Source: Chitinivibrionales bacterium (GTDB lineage: Bacteria > Fibrobacterota > Chitinivibrionia > Chitinivibrionales > WJKA01). From it: a DNA stretch of 64,000 nucleotides. The stretch's first letter is position 1. Every line of letters begins with the position of its first letter. Under the pieces are notes generated by a model. It was not told the DNA's origin, did no database searches, and saw only the letters and a program-made list of their open reading frames with translations. The DNA is taken from contig JBBRUX010000017.1 in NCBI GenBank assembly GCA_038247415.1, forward strand, positions 8,910-72,909, written 5' to 3'. Both the position numbers and the translations under genes were made by a program. Below, in pieces: positions 29,307 to 40,332 of this stretch.

Positions 29307-31945
29307 TTGATTTCGGGTATCTTTTTGATATTGACAAGAAAGTTATAGCCGGGGTTAAATCCCGATGGACGCCAATTAAAGCGCAAATCCCAACATTCGA
29401 GATCGCAATAGAAATCTATCGAATGCCCAACAAGTTGATTGGTGGTAAAGTTATAATAGCTGTTCCAGGAAGCTGTCCAGTTACGCGCAAAACTTATGTT
29501 TGCCGATGTAGAGAGTTGATAATTCTGGGTTGTAATAAAAGGGGCGGTTCTGCTTGTTCGGGATTGCGAAAAACTATACGATGGCCGGAGTGAAAGCTGC
29601 CATGTCTGTTTCCCTGCTTTTGCATAGCGCAGTGGATCGGATTCACCTTTAAAACCAGAATACGTAAGAAGGTCTCCGTCCCAAAGGTTTCCGGTTGCGT
29701 TCATATTGATTTGCGGATTAAGATTTACGCTGTAGTAATTTAGCCCAGGAATATCAAATACTTCGTTTGTTTTGTCGGCGTAAACCCAGAACGCAGAACT
29801 AACGCTTATTGCAAGGAATTGATTTGCTGTAGAACCACTCAGGCTCAGGTCAGAAAATCCTTTGCGTCCTTTTTCTACATCGCACGAGATGCCAGCCGAG
29901 GCATCGAGTATATGAAATTTGCTCTCAACAGGTTTTATGGAATCTCCCTTGGTAAGCATTTTTCCATCGAAACTATTATTGAGCGAAAAAGACACAACCT
30001 GGGATTGTTTGAGTTGCCCAAATGTGGAAATGCCAACATCAAAAAATCTTTTGTCAAGATTTGCAGTACTCATTGGAGTAAAGGTGTAGTTGATAGATGG
30101 AGATAATGTGTGTCGCAGTCCAACAAAATTTAAAATGTGCACAGGCCAGATTCCATACAGCGTTGTTGCCATGGAGAATCCGCCATTCCAGGTTGCATCC
30201 GCTGCGCCAGAGTTATGGCTGGCGTAGATTTTGGTCGAATCTTTTTTAATCGAATCGTTATTGGCCACCACGAAAAAGGTATCGATAAATCCATTACGGT
30301 TTATTTGGGTAAAGGTATCGCGGATGCTGTATTGTTTAAGGCCGGTGTCTGAAATTGCAGATTGTGCAAGCGTATCAATGAGTGTGTCATTGGCAATGAG
30401 GAAATTTGAGGCGAGGGTATCCTTGTAAGCATCGACCCCATACATTCTAATGTTAATATTTGGGCTTATAGAAATATATTTGAAGAGCTTGGCATTATAG
30501 GAAAGCGATGCGTTTTGCTGCATTCCTGCATGTGTCCATTCGACCTCGTTAATCGCAAGCGCTTTTGGGCGTTTAATATGTCGAACAATCCCATTGACAT
30601 TGTAATTGTAATACACTTTTTCGTACCATGCAGGCTCTCCGGTGTCTGGATCCACAGATTGATCTCTATTTGACTGACGCGAATAAAGTGGCCGTGAGGG
30701 CAAACTAAAGGAGATTGACGGCAGGTCGTCGGTTATGTCGTTTGTGGTTAAGTTGTGTGTTCGGTTGGCGGTGGCAGAGATACTGGAGTTGATTTTGTCG
30801 AGCCGTTTTGAAAGACTCATATTTGCTGAAACTTGTTGATTGAGGAGATCTTCGGAACGATCCGAATTTTTAAGATAGAATTGCTGGCTACTCACAAGCG
30901 TGCCTCTTCCGCTTAACATAAACGAACGATCCGGGAGGAGGGTTTGGGTATGATTGTAATCCAGGGCGTAGAGTTGGGTCTGCCTGCTAAAATCACCGGC
31001 AAAGGAATAGCGCGCAGAAATACTACCCGAAAGCCAATAGCGGAGCGCATAATTTGAAGACGCCGACATCATATAATCTTTAAATTCTGCAATACGCGAA
31101 GACACTCTAAAGTCGAGATAATCGTTGATTGCCCAATAATAGCCAATATTTTCGAGGTAGCCGCCTGCTTGGGGCTGGCCACCAAAGCTTGGGGTGAGCC
31201 ATCCACTCGTGCGTTTTCGATCCAGCGGGAGGATAAAAAATGGAACAGTCGCAATGGGAACGCCGCCAATGTTAAAAACTGCAGGGCGGGCAATTGCTTT
31301 ATCGGAAGGAAGAACTTTTATATCTTTGGCATAAAAATAATAGTGCGGATCGTTCGGGTACGCGCAGGTAGTATAGTCTCCATCAACACAGTAAAAATTG
31401 TTGTCGGGAGATTTGATAATGGCAGCGGCATTAAGGTACGCATCATCCATGCGGGTAGTCGAATATTTGAGCACGCCTCGTTTTGTATTAATATTGTAAA
31501 CCATGAATTCGCCAACGGTCGTATCGGATCCTTCGATAAGTTGTGGTGAACCCACAGCAGTAAACTGATCGTTGTCTATTGTGTAGGTGATAGTGTCGGC
31601 GATAAGGGTCATATTTTGATATTGAACGTGGGCATTTCCTTTAAGATAGAGAATCTTTTCGTTTACCAAATAATCGATTTCGTCGGCTTGGTATTGGACA
31701 CTATCGCTCTCTTTGTTCTTGCTTGCTTGTGTGGTATCGCCAAGAATGGGGCTATCGGATTGCGCTGTTTTTAGGATCGCGCCTTTTTTTAGCGGCTTAG
31801 CGAAGGACTTCGATGAACTATCCAATGCGAGTGATGTCTGGGCTCCATAGAGTAGAGAAGCGCTCAAAATGAGGAGAAGTCCAAGCGTGCTCTTAAGGGA
31901 AATGGGGGAGTGCGGTAAGAAGTTCTTTGAAAGTGTGATATGCAT
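29288..31945 (-). CDS. lptD: LPS-assembly outer membrane protein LptD-like
   Basis: OstA-like N-domain, YTTC..PHYY, SGWLTPSFG, GYYWAIND, DLECWDL C-terminus. Confidence 0.85.
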   Translation of the reverse strand: MHITLSKNFLPHSPISLKSTLGLLLILSASLLYGAQTSLALDSSSKSFAKPLKKGAILKTAQSDSPILGDTTQASKNKESDSVQYQADEIDYLVNEKILYLKGNAHVQYQNMTLIADTITYTIDNDQFTAVGSPQLIEGSDTTVGEFMVYNINTKRGVLKYSTTRMDDAYLNAAAIIKSPDNNFYCVDGDYTTCAYPNDPHYYFYAKDIKVLPSDKAIARPAVFNIGGVPIATVPFFILPLDRKRTSGWLTPSFGGQPQAGGYLENIGYYWAINDYLDFRVSSRIAEFKDYMMSASSNYALRYWLSGSISARYSFAGDFSRQTQLYALDYNHTQTLLPDRSFMLSGRGTLVSSQQFYLKNSDRSEDLLNQQVSANMSLSKRLDKINSSISATANRTHNLTTNDITDDLPSISFSLPSRPLYSRQSNRDQSVDPDTGEPAWYEKVYYNYNVNGIVRHIKRPKALAINEVEWTHAGMQQNASLSYNAKLFKYISISPNINIRMYGVDAYKDTLASNFLIANDTLIDTLAQSAISDTGLKQYSIRDTFTQINRNGFIDTFFVVANNDSIKKDSTKIYASHNSGAADATWNGGFSMATTLYGIWPVHILNFVGLRHTLSPSINYTFTPMSTANLDKRFFDVGISTFGQLKQSQVVSFSLNNSFDGKMLTKGDSIKPVESKFHILDASAGISCDVEKGRKGFSDLSLSGSTANQFLAISVSSAFWVYADKTNEVFDIPGLNYYSVNLNPQINMNATGNLWDGDLLTYSGFKGESDPLRYAKAGKQTWQLSLRPSYSFSQSRTSRTAPFITTQNYQLSTSANISFARNWTASWNSYYNFTTNQLVGHSIDFYCDLECWDLRFNWRPSGFNPGYNFLVNIKKIPEIKWERKP

Positions 31946-32168
31946 ATCTATTTAAAATAAGACGTTACAATTCTGGATGGGGGCTTAAAATGCGCGGTTT
32001 AAAACCAAGTAAAATTACATTCTACCTAGACTCTATACAATATATTGGTAGGCTGGTCAAATCCTCTTTGAGCTGTGTTTTTTGCATTGAGTGTCACAAT
32101 TAATCATTTTAAACCACCATCGAGTTTTGGTGGCAAGAATATATACATTATATGTAGCGGAGATTATT

Positions 32169-32774
32169 ATGGGAGCAGTTCCAATTATTCGTGCCTTGGT
32201 GAGTGTATCCGATAAGAGCGGAATTGTTGATTTTGCTCGGGCATTGTCGGGATGTGGTATCGAAATTCTATCAACAGGCGGAACATCAAAGCTCTTAATC
32301 GATAATAGCATTCCAGTGCGGTCCGTAGATTCGTATACAGGGTTTCCTGAAATTATGGATGGCCGTGTAAAGACGCTTCATCCTAAAGTGCACGGAGGAA
32401 TCCTGGCAATCCGTGACAAGGATACTCATGTTCAGCAGATGGTTGCAAATAATATTGAGCCTATAGATCTTGTCATTATTAATTTATATCCTTTTAAAGA
32501 GACAATTAGTCGACCCGATGTAACTATCGAAGAGGCTATCGAAAATATTGATATTGGTGGGCCAGCCATGATTCGAAGCGCTGCTAAAAACAATGCATTC
32601 GTAACCGTTGTGGTCGATGCGCTCGATTATCCTGGAATCCTTGGCGAACTTAAAGATTCCCGAATGGTTTCTGAAGCGACACGCAAAAGGCTTGCGGCAA
32701 AGGCATTTGCTCATACCGCGGCTTACGATACCATGATAGCAGGATACCTATCCGAAAAATTTATGGGTGCATAA
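32169..32774 (+). CDS. purH: IMP cyclohydrolase (PurH N-terminal MGS-like domain only)
   Basis: [56 protein letters not shown]; stops after about 201 aa. Confidence 0.9.
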   Translation: MGAVPIIRALVSVSDKSGIVDFARALSGCGIEILSTGGTSKLLIDNSIPVRSVDSYTGFPEIMDGRVKTLHPKVHGGILAIRDKDTHVQQMVANNIEPIDLVIINLYPFKETISRPDVTIEEAIENIDIGGPAMIRSAAKNNAFVTVVVDALDYPGILGELKDSRMVSEATRKRLAAKAFAHTAAYDTMIAGYLSEKFMGA

Positions 32775-32868
32775 GCAATTCTTTTTCTTGATGATGGCTT
32801 TGAACAGTGTTACTATAACTCGGTATACAGCGATATGATGATTTTTTAAACGAAGGCAAGCAGACATT

Positions 32869-35127
32869 ATGGCTAAAAATCTTGTGATTGTGGAGTCTCC
32901 GGCAAAATGTCGGACAATTTCTAAATATCTGGGATCCAATTATACCGTTAAAGCAACCATGGGACATATCATCGATCTCCCCGAAAAGGAACTCGGTGTC
33001 GATCTCGAAAATGACTTTAAGCCCAAATATACTGTATCAAAAGGAAAGCGTCGTGTTGTCGCATCTCTCAAAGAAGAGGCGGCCAAAGCCGATATGGTCT
33101 ATCTGGCACCCGACCCTGACCGCGAAGGAGAAGCAATTGCCTGGCATGTTGCAGAAACAATTTCAAAAGTAAACAGCAATATCAAAAGGGTTTACTTTAA
33201 CGAAATCACAAAAAAAGCTGTTTTAGCAGCGCTTGAGAATCCTGGCGAATTGGAAATGAACAAGGTTAATGCTCAGCAGGCGCGCCGTATTCTCGATCGT
33301 ATCGTGGGTTATCAGGTTTCTCCGTTCTTGTGGAGAACCGTGTTTCGAGGACTTTCTGCCGGTCGTGTCCAGAGTGTCGCGCTTCGTCTTATTTGCGAAC
33401 GCGATGATGCAATTCATGCATTTAAGCAAGAAGAGTACTGGACTATCGAGGCGATGCTTGCCAACAAGGGTATCAACTTTCGTGCGAACCTTGTGCAAAT
33501 CGATGGCAAGAAAGCAGAAATTCCTAATCAAGATCGGGCCACAGCGCTGCTCGATCGTCTTGCAGGTGCAACGTATACTGTCAAGGATGTGCAAAAGACA
33601 GAAAAAGAGCGTAAACCGTATGCTCCGTTTATCACCAGTACATTGCAGCAAGAATCGGTTAAAAAATTAGGTTTTTCAGCAGCTAAAACAATGATGGTTG
33701 CACAGCAGCTGTACGAAGGTCTTGAGCTTGGTGAGCTTGGTACTACAGGTCTAATTACCTATATGCGTACCGACTCTACCCGCATCTCCGACGAAGCGCT
33801 TGTAGCGGCACGGGCTCTTGTGATCGAACAATATTCCGAGCTTCATTTGCCCGAAAAACCTCGCATCTATAGCAAAAGCAAAAATGCACAAGATGCTCAT
33901 GAAGCAATTCGCCCCGCTCAGGTAACAGCCGAGTTTTCTCCTGCACGCGTCAAGAAATATCTGACCATAGATCAATTTAAACTCTATGATCTTATCTGGA
34001 AACGTTTTCTCGCTTCACAAATGGCAAATGCTGTGTTTAACATGACACGTATTGATATGGATGCGAATGGGTGTACGTTTCGTGCTAATGGCCAGATCAT
34101 GAAATTTGATGGCTTTTTGGCACTCTACGATGAAACAGTAGAAGAAAAACCCGAAAGTGATGACGAATCGGATAACCGTTTGCCAGATATCGATAATGGT
34201 GTAGTGTGCGATTTTAAAAAGCTCGAAGATAAACAGCATTTTACCCAGCCTCCACCGCGCTACACCGAAGCCTCTCTTGTTAAGGAACTCGAGGATAAGG
34301 GCATCGGACGTCCAAGCACCTATGCGCAAATTATTGATACGCTTAAGAATCGCAAGTATGTAACCGTAGAAAATAAACGGTTTTTTCCTACCGAAGTCGG
34401 TATTATGGTTAAAACTATCCTTGTTCAGGAATTTCCCGATATCTTTGATGTTGGATTTACTGCTGCAATGGAACTTAATCTCGATAAGGTTGAAGCTGGT
34501 GAAGCTGATTGGGTGAAAACGCTGCGCGATTTCTTTGAGCCGTTCCAAAAAGGCATGGAAAAAGCCAAAGATCATATTGCCGATTTGCGGGCCCAAAATC
34601 AGGAAGTAACCGATCGTGAATGTCCCGAATGCAAAAAGTTCCCACTTGTTGTCAAGTGGAGTCGTAACGGTAAATTTTATGCGTGTCAAGGGTTTCCAGC
34701 ATGCCGTTATACCGAACCACTCGAAAAAGCAAAGCCAGCGGCAAGTAATGAAGTATGCGATAAGTGCGGGGCTCCCATGGTAGTTCTTGAGATGCGGGGT
34801 AACCGGTTTTTAGGATGCTCACGGTATCCAGAATGTCGCAGCACCCGTTCGTTCTCAACCGGAGTAGCCTGCCCAACGCCAGACTGCAAAGGTTCTCTTA
34901 TTGAACGGCGCACAAAACGTAATAAAACCTTTTTTGGCTGTAGTTCGTATCCTGGCTGTACCTTTGCAACATGGGATAAACCAATTCCTCAAAAATGTGA
35001 TGCGTGTAATTACCCATTGCTTATTGAAAAGGATACAAAGCGCAAAGGTATCTATCGGATGTGTCCGCAGTGCAAGGCAGAATATCCTGTGCCTGTCGTG
35101 GGTGTACAGGATCCCGCTGTTGTGTAG
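32869..35127 (+). CDS. topA: DNA topoisomerase I with C-terminal Zn ribbons
   Basis: LVIVESPAK, DPDREGEAI, SAGRVQS, ITYMRTDS, GIGRPSTYA, Cys4 ribbons. Confidence 0.98.
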   Translation: MAKNLVIVESPAKCRTISKYLGSNYTVKATMGHIIDLPEKELGVDLENDFKPKYTVSKGKRRVVASLKEEAAKADMVYLAPDPDREGEAIAWHVAETISKVNSNIKRVYFNEITKKAVLAALENPGELEMNKVNAQQARRILDRIVGYQVSPFLWRTVFRGLSAGRVQSVALRLICERDDAIHAFKQEEYWTIEAMLANKGINFRANLVQIDGKKAEIPNQDRATALLDRLAGATYTVKDVQKTEKERKPYAPFITSTLQQESVKKLGFSAAKTMMVAQQLYEGLELGELGTTGLITYMRTDSTRISDEALVAARALVIEQYSELHLPEKPRIYSKSKNAQDAHEAIRPAQVTAEFSPARVKKYLTIDQFKLYDLIWKRFLASQMANAVFNMTRIDMDANGCTFRANGQIMKFDGFLALYDETVEEKPESDDESDNRLPDIDNGVVCDFKKLEDKQHFTQPPPRYTEASLVKELEDKGIGRPSTYAQIIDTLKNRKYVTVENKRFFPTEVGIMVKTILVQEFPDIFDVGFTAAMELNLDKVEAGEADWVKTLRDFFEPFQKGMEKAKDHIADLRAQNQEVTDRECPECKKFPLVVKWSRNGKFYACQGFPACRYTEPLEKAKPAASNEVCDKCGAPMVVLEMRGNRFLGCSRYPECRSTRSFSTGVACPTPDCKGSLIERRTKRNKTFFGCSSYPGCTFATWDKPIPQKCDACNYPLLIEKDTKRKGIYRMCPQCKAEYPVPVVGVQDPAVV

Positions 35128-35139
35128 CTTGTATACAGC

Positions 35140-36483
35140 ATGAGCACGAAGGCTCACTCGGTTGCAATTGTTGGCGCAGGTCTCGCTGGCAGTGAGGCAG
35201 CGCTTGTGCTCGCTTTCTCAGGCATTCCTGTATCTATTTACGAAATGCGACCAGATCGAATGACCCCTGCACACCAGACTGCACATGCTGCAGAGCTGGT
35301 GTGCTCAAATTCGCTTAAAACAGATAAACTCCCCTCAGCACATGGGCTTTTAAAAGCAGAATTGCAGCGTTTGAATTCGCCGCTTCTTGCCATGGCATTG
35401 GCACAACGAATCCCCGCCGGTGCTGCCCTGGCCGTTGATCGCGACTGCTTTGGCGCTACGGTGACCCAGGCCTTAATGGCTACAGCAGGGATAGCGTTTC
35501 ATCGTCAAGAGATTACAACGTGTAACGATATTCCACTCCCTGCCATACTTGCTTCTGGACCACTCACCTCCGATGCATTGGCCGATTCTCTTATGCAGTT
35601 TTGTGGCACACAGCATCTTCATTTTTACGATGCTATTGCGCCCATTATTAGCGCCGATTCGGTTGATATGAATATCGCCTTTAGTGCAAGTCGATGGGAA
35701 AAAGGCGAACCCGATTATATCAATTGTCCATTTACAAAAGATGAGTATGAACGTTTTTTTACTGCGCTTACCACGGCAGATAAAACCCACCGCCGCCCGT
35801 TCGAAGATGAACGCTATTTTGAGGCGTGTTTGCCGGTTGAAGAAATTGCCGCGAGGGGAGAAAAATCTTTGGCATTTGGCCCTATGCGCCCGGTTGGGCT
35901 TATTGATCCGCGTACGGGCAGAAGACCATACGCAGTGTGTCAATTGCGACGCGAGACTGCCAATGGTGAAAGTTATAATCTGGTGGGTTTTCAAACGCGC
36001 TTGGCCTGGAAAGATCAGCAAGAAGTATTTCGTCTTATTCCAGGTTTGGCTGCGGCTGATTTTGAACGGTTCGGTTCAATTCATCGCAATACCTATATAG
36101 ATTCCCCACGTTTGCTTTCACCCTTGCTCGAATTTAAAAATGTGCCCGGCATGAGAATCGCGGGGCAGCTCTGTGGCAACGAGGGATATACCGAATCGAT
36201 TGCAACGGGCCACCTTGCCGCACTCTTTACTCTTGCTTCACTGAAAGGTGTTGAAATACCCCCTCCTCCCGTGCAATCCGCGCTTGGAGCTCTTTTAGCA
36301 CACGTTACACAATCTGCTACGGAACCATTTGCACCATCGGGTGTCAATTTTAGTTTGTTTCCATCGCTTGATATTCCTACAAAACCCAAAATGTCAAAAG
36401 AGAATAAAAAGCAGCTTTATTGCACACGAGCGCTAGAGCAGCTCGAGCTCTGGATTCAGAACATTCAACAGATCTGCGGGTAA
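35140..36483 (+). CDS. trmFO: FADH2/folate-dependent tRNA m5U54 methyltransferase
   Basis: GAGLAGSEAA, AELVCSNS, ALAVDR, FYDAIAP, NLVGFQT, HRNTYI, GQL.G.EGY.ES. Confidence 0.95.
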   Translation: MSTKAHSVAIVGAGLAGSEAALVLAFSGIPVSIYEMRPDRMTPAHQTAHAAELVCSNSLKTDKLPSAHGLLKAELQRLNSPLLAMALAQRIPAGAALAVDRDCFGATVTQALMATAGIAFHRQEITTCNDIPLPAILASGPLTSDALADSLMQFCGTQHLHFYDAIAPIISADSVDMNIAFSASRWEKGEPDYINCPFTKDEYERFFTALTTADKTHRRPFEDERYFEACLPVEEIAARGEKSLAFGPMRPVGLIDPRTGRRPYAVCQLRRETANGESYNLVGFQTRLAWKDQQEVFRLIPGLAAADFERFGSIHRNTYIDSPRLLSPLLEFKNVPGMRIAGQLCGNEGYTESIATGHLAALFTLASLKGVEIPPPPVQSALGALLAHVTQSATEPFAPSGVNFSLFPSLDIPTKPKMSKENKKQLYCTRALEQLELWIQNIQQICG

Positions 36484-36569
36484 TGCGGTTATATTTACCG
36501 TAGCACAGAGCCCCAAATGCTATTTTTAAGCCCACAATTACGATTAAGCTACTCTTTTAAAGGAAATTT

Positions 36570-37559
36570 ATGATAGCGGTAGGACTTCTTTCTGGCGGGC
36601 TCGATAGCACTATGGCCGCAAAAATGATGATAGATCAGGGTTTTACAGTGCATGCAGTCAATTTTGTTTCGCCGTTTTGCACCTGTACACCAAAAAGCGC
36701 TGGTTGTTCTGCCGTGGTTACTGCTGTAAAACAATTAGGGGGCATTCATTTAGAACGCATTGTTTTGGGTGATGAATACCTCGAAATGGTCAAGGCGCCT
36801 AAGCATGGGCACGGGCGTGGTCTTAACCCTTGTATCGATTGTCGCATTATGAAATTGCGGCGAGCAGGGGAGTATATGAAATCTGTTGGAGGAGAATTTC
36901 TCTTTACCGGTGAAGTTCTTGGTCAACGTCCAATGTCTCAGCATCGTAGGGCATTAGAAATCATCGAAGATGAGTCGGGCTTTAAAGGCTACGTGCTCCG
37001 TCCTCTTTCTGCACAATTTCTTGAACCTACTCTTCCCGAACTAAAAGGAATTGTTGATAGAAATAAGCTCTTAGATATAGCGGGTCGTTCACGTAAAGTT
37101 CAGCTTTCATATGCTGTTGAAAATGATATTACCGAATATCAATGTGCAGGGGGAGGTTGTTTACTCACCGATAGCACTTTTGCAGGTAGGCTTAAAGAGT
37201 ATCTTGCAATTACAGAAAAACCTTCTCGCAATGATATGCCTCTATTGCGTATAGGACGGCATATTGCTCTAGATAATGGAGAAAAGGCTGTTGTCGCCCG
37301 CACCGAAGAAGAAGGCGAAAAACTGATCCGTATTTTTTCCAATAAAGGGACACTCCTGCTCCCTCTCGAATTTTCTGGGCCTATTGTCTACCTTACGGGC
37401 TCAGATATACAAAGAGGAATTCAACTCCTAGTGAGCTATACCAACAGAGATATTCCCGACAATGCGCGAATATTGGTTAAAGATGGATTAAAAGAATATG
37501 AGGTTGCTCGCGCCCAGTGGCCAGAGCCTTCGGTGCGACCAGCTCCTGTTGAAAGTTGA
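36570..37559 (+). CDS. ThiI/MnmA-like PP-loop tRNA thiolation family protein
   Basis: SGGLDS PP-loop, NPCIDCRI, TGEVLGQRPMSQ, GGCLLTD. Confidence 0.8.
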   Translation: MIAVGLLSGGLDSTMAAKMMIDQGFTVHAVNFVSPFCTCTPKSAGCSAVVTAVKQLGGIHLERIVLGDEYLEMVKAPKHGHGRGLNPCIDCRIMKLRRAGEYMKSVGGEFLFTGEVLGQRPMSQHRRALEIIEDESGFKGYVLRPLSAQFLEPTLPELKGIVDRNKLLDIAGRSRKVQLSYAVENDITEYQCAGGGCLLTDSTFAGRLKEYLAITEKPSRNDMPLLRIGRHIALDNGEKAVVARTEEEGEKLIRIFSNKGTLLLPLEFSGPIVYLTGSDIQRGIQLLVSYTNRDIPDNARILVKDGLKEYEVARAQWPEPSVRPAPVES

Positions 37560-37641
37560 TTTTATGAGATCCTCCTTGGTTTTTCAATGAGGATTATAGT
37601 TTTAGCAGGCGATATACATGTGTTTATGGTAAGGGTGTATA

Positions 37642-39666
37642 ATGATGTTTATGAATATCAGAACAAGCTTAAGCGCTTTAATAGTTTTTCTGTGTATACA
37701 AACTGCCTCTCTAGGAATCAATCTACCAACCGATTGCATGACAAGCGTTAAAGATGCAAAGTATGGCGCTCAAGGTGATGGCAAAACCGATGACACGAAG
37801 GCGCTTATCGCAGCCTTTTGTGATGGTCGCAGCAAAGCAGATGCTGCATCAAAGCCAGATTTTTATTCACCCTACCCTAAGTCTATCTATCTGCCTGCTG
37901 GAACATATCTGGTAAGTGATTCTTTATCCTGGATTGGATGTGCAATGACGTTCCAGGGAGCAGGCGTGGGATCAACGGTAATCAAGCTTGTTGACTATTG
38001 TGCTAAATTTGCTAATTCCGCTCAACCGAAAGCGGTATTTGTTTCCCCCAATGGAAATTATTCGTTTCGTCAAAATTTTTATGATCTCACGATACATACC
38101 GGAATCGGAAACTCAGGAGCAATAGGCTTAGATTATATTGCAAATAATGTAGGATCTGTCAATAATGTTACCATTGTTTCTGGCGACAGGAAAGGTGTAG
38201 CAGGAATTGACATGAGTCGGTCGTGGCCTGGGCCGTGCCTTATTCGTAATGTCAAAATTACAGGCTTCGATTATGGCATTCGCGTTGGCTGTACCGAGTA
38301 TGGTCCAACATTTGAATCGATCGAATGTGTTAACCAAAATACGGCTGGTTTTTTTAACAATGGCAATATTTGTTCAATTCATGGGTTTAAAAGCACCAAT
38401 GCTGTTCCTGCTATTCTCAATAAAGTAGGACATGTTATTGTTATCGATGCATCATGTACGGGTGGAGGGGCCACTGCTGCTGCTATTGACAATGGTGGGA
38501 ATCTTTACGCGCGCAATGTTTCGACATCAGGCTATCAGTCTGCATTACGTACGAAAAAGGTAATGACTCCTCAAACGAGCATTCAGGAATTTATTTCAGA
38601 TACCGTGGTATCGCTTTTCCCATCTCCAAAACGTTCTCTCGGTTTGCCAATCCTTGCAATCCCGCCCACGGTTGATGATCCTGTTTCTAAGTGGGGAAAG
38701 ATTGTTATGCCAGGGTACTATGGAGATTCGCATACTTGGCAGGATACGTTTAATTCGGGAAAGTCGACAATCTATTTCCCTGCAGGAATTTTTCTGTGCA
38801 GCCTTTCGATTACTGTCCCCGCAACCGTTAAAAGAATTATTGGCTTTAATTCGCAAATGAACCGGTATAACGAGTCATCTCCCATTGCATTGAATCTTAA
38901 AGTAAGTTCATCAAGTACCGAACCGCTTATCATAGAGCGCTTTAATGGCGGGTTGTCAATAGAGCATACGAGTAACCGCACTATTGTTGTGTCAAATTCC
39001 GATGTCACGTATAAGGCAAAAGCAGGGGCGGGTAATGTTTTCTTCAATGATGTTGGGGGCGATAGTTTTGTGTTTTATCCCAATCAGAATATTTATGCCC
39101 GGCAACTTAATTCAGAAGGCGATAACGTCCATATTGTAAATAAAGGGGCAAATCTTTGGATCCTTGGTATTAAGACCGAAGGCAAGGGAATGGTAGTTCA
39201 GACAACTAACAAGGGGTGTACCGAAGTTCTTGGAACCCTTTTGTATCCGGTCAAGACATTTACGGCAGCAGATGCCCCTGCATTCGAATGCATTGATGCT
39301 AATATGTCGCTTATTTATAGATTGGCAACGTATATTAATAATGGTATATACCCTAAACAAATCATAGAAACTCGCGCAGGCCTCACTAAAACGTTTTCTT
39401 CAAATCCAAATATGTTTTATGAAATGGGACTCTTTTCAGGATTTGATAGCACAAAAATGAGTATCACGCCAGGAGTGCCAAAATCTTTGCCGTTTGTGCG
39501 TATACAACGCACTTCTTTGATGCCGGTTATGGCACCATCGATCATCAGTAAAGATGAGCGGTATCTGGTTAGTGGGCGTAAAGTAGTATCTGTCCGAAAG
39601 GGTGTTGTATCTGTAAAGCAGAAGGCTTCAAGTGGTATGTATGTTATGCCACAAGAGAAAAAATAA
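37642..39666 (+). CDS. Secreted pectate_lyase_3/GH55-like beta-helix protein (paralog of 26129-28240)
   Basis: YGAQGDGKTDDT, YLPAGTYLVS, RQLNSEG, ANLWILGIKTEG. Confidence 0.8.
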   Translation: MMFMNIRTSLSALIVFLCIQTASLGINLPTDCMTSVKDAKYGAQGDGKTDDTKALIAAFCDGRSKADAASKPDFYSPYPKSIYLPAGTYLVSDSLSWIGCAMTFQGAGVGSTVIKLVDYCAKFANSAQPKAVFVSPNGNYSFRQNFYDLTIHTGIGNSGAIGLDYIANNVGSVNNVTIVSGDRKGVAGIDMSRSWPGPCLIRNVKITGFDYGIRVGCTEYGPTFESIECVNQNTAGFFNNGNICSIHGFKSTNAVPAILNKVGHVIVIDASCTGGGATAAAIDNGGNLYARNVSTSGYQSALRTKKVMTPQTSIQEFISDTVVSLFPSPKRSLGLPILAIPPTVDDPVSKWGKIVMPGYYGDSHTWQDTFNSGKSTIYFPAGIFLCSLSITVPATVKRIIGFNSQMNRYNESSPIALNLKVSSSSTEPLIIERFNGGLSIEHTSNRTIVVSNSDVTYKAKAGAGNVFFNDVGGDSFVFYPNQNIYARQLNSEGDNVHIVNKGANLWILGIKTEGKGMVVQTTNKGCTEVLGTLLYPVKTFTAADAPAFECIDANMSLIYRLATYINNGIYPKQIIETRAGLTKTFSSNPNMFYEMGLFSGFDSTKMSITPGVPKSLPFVRIQRTSLMPVMAPSIISKDERYLVSGRKVVSVRKGVVSVKQKASSGMYVMPQEKK

Positions 39667-39681
39667 ATATTAGTGCAGATG

Positions 39682-40296
39682 CTAGGGCTTGGGAGAGGAT
39701 ACTTCCGCTTTCACGACCAAGGTACGCATAGAGAGCAAGTGCCCCGATTTGATTCTGCAGGTATAGGTACCGCCCGGCACCATCTTTCCGTTATTATCCT
39801 GTGCGTTCCACAAAAAAGTTCTCATTCCGCTGGCTCTGGTTCTATCGATAGCGGTTTTTACGAGCTTGTCGCGATCGTTGTAGATATTTATTTCTACAAT
39901 ATCGTGAATGGGAAACATGTACTTGATAGTTAAATTACCTTTAGAGCTATCTGCTTCGGTAGAAAGGTTATACAATGCTACATTGACAAATAAATTAGTA
40001 GTTCCAACCTCGCTTTGCGACGCAAGAATGGCTTTTTTCATCTGTCGCAGATAGTGTGAGGCATCTATCTTTAAAAAATAGGTGCCCGGAGAAAGTGTAT
40101 CTGTTTTGTAAATGCCCAAGTCGTTGGTGACTACAGTAACCCCTTTTTCCATAATGCGGACATTGGCTCCTTGGATAGGAACACCGGTAATAGCATCGGT
40201 GATGGTTCCTGAAATGGTTTGTGCCGAAACTACGCAGGGTAGCGCGACCATAGCAAGTGTTATCGAAATGTGTTTTGCAAAACTAGCGTGTTTCAT
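39682..40296 (-). CDS. Secreted carboxypeptidase-regulatory-like domain + FlgD-Ig protein
   Basis: ISGTITDAITGVPIQGANV, TNDLG.Y, PGTY; C-term WNAQDNNGKMVPGGTY. Confidence 0.8.
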   Translation of the reverse strand: MKHASFAKHISITLAMVALPCVVSAQTISGTITDAITGVPIQGANVRIMEKGVTVVTNDLGIYKTDTLSPGTYFLKIDASHYLRQMKKAILASQSEVGTTNLFVNVALYNLSTEADSSKGNLTIKYMFPIHDIVEINIYNDRDKLVKTAIDRTRASGMRTFLWNAQDNNGKMVPGGTYTCRIKSGHLLSMRTLVVKAEVSSPKP

Positions 40297-40332
40297 GTTG
40301 TTTCCTTTGTCTGTCGTAGCAGTGCGTGCAGC

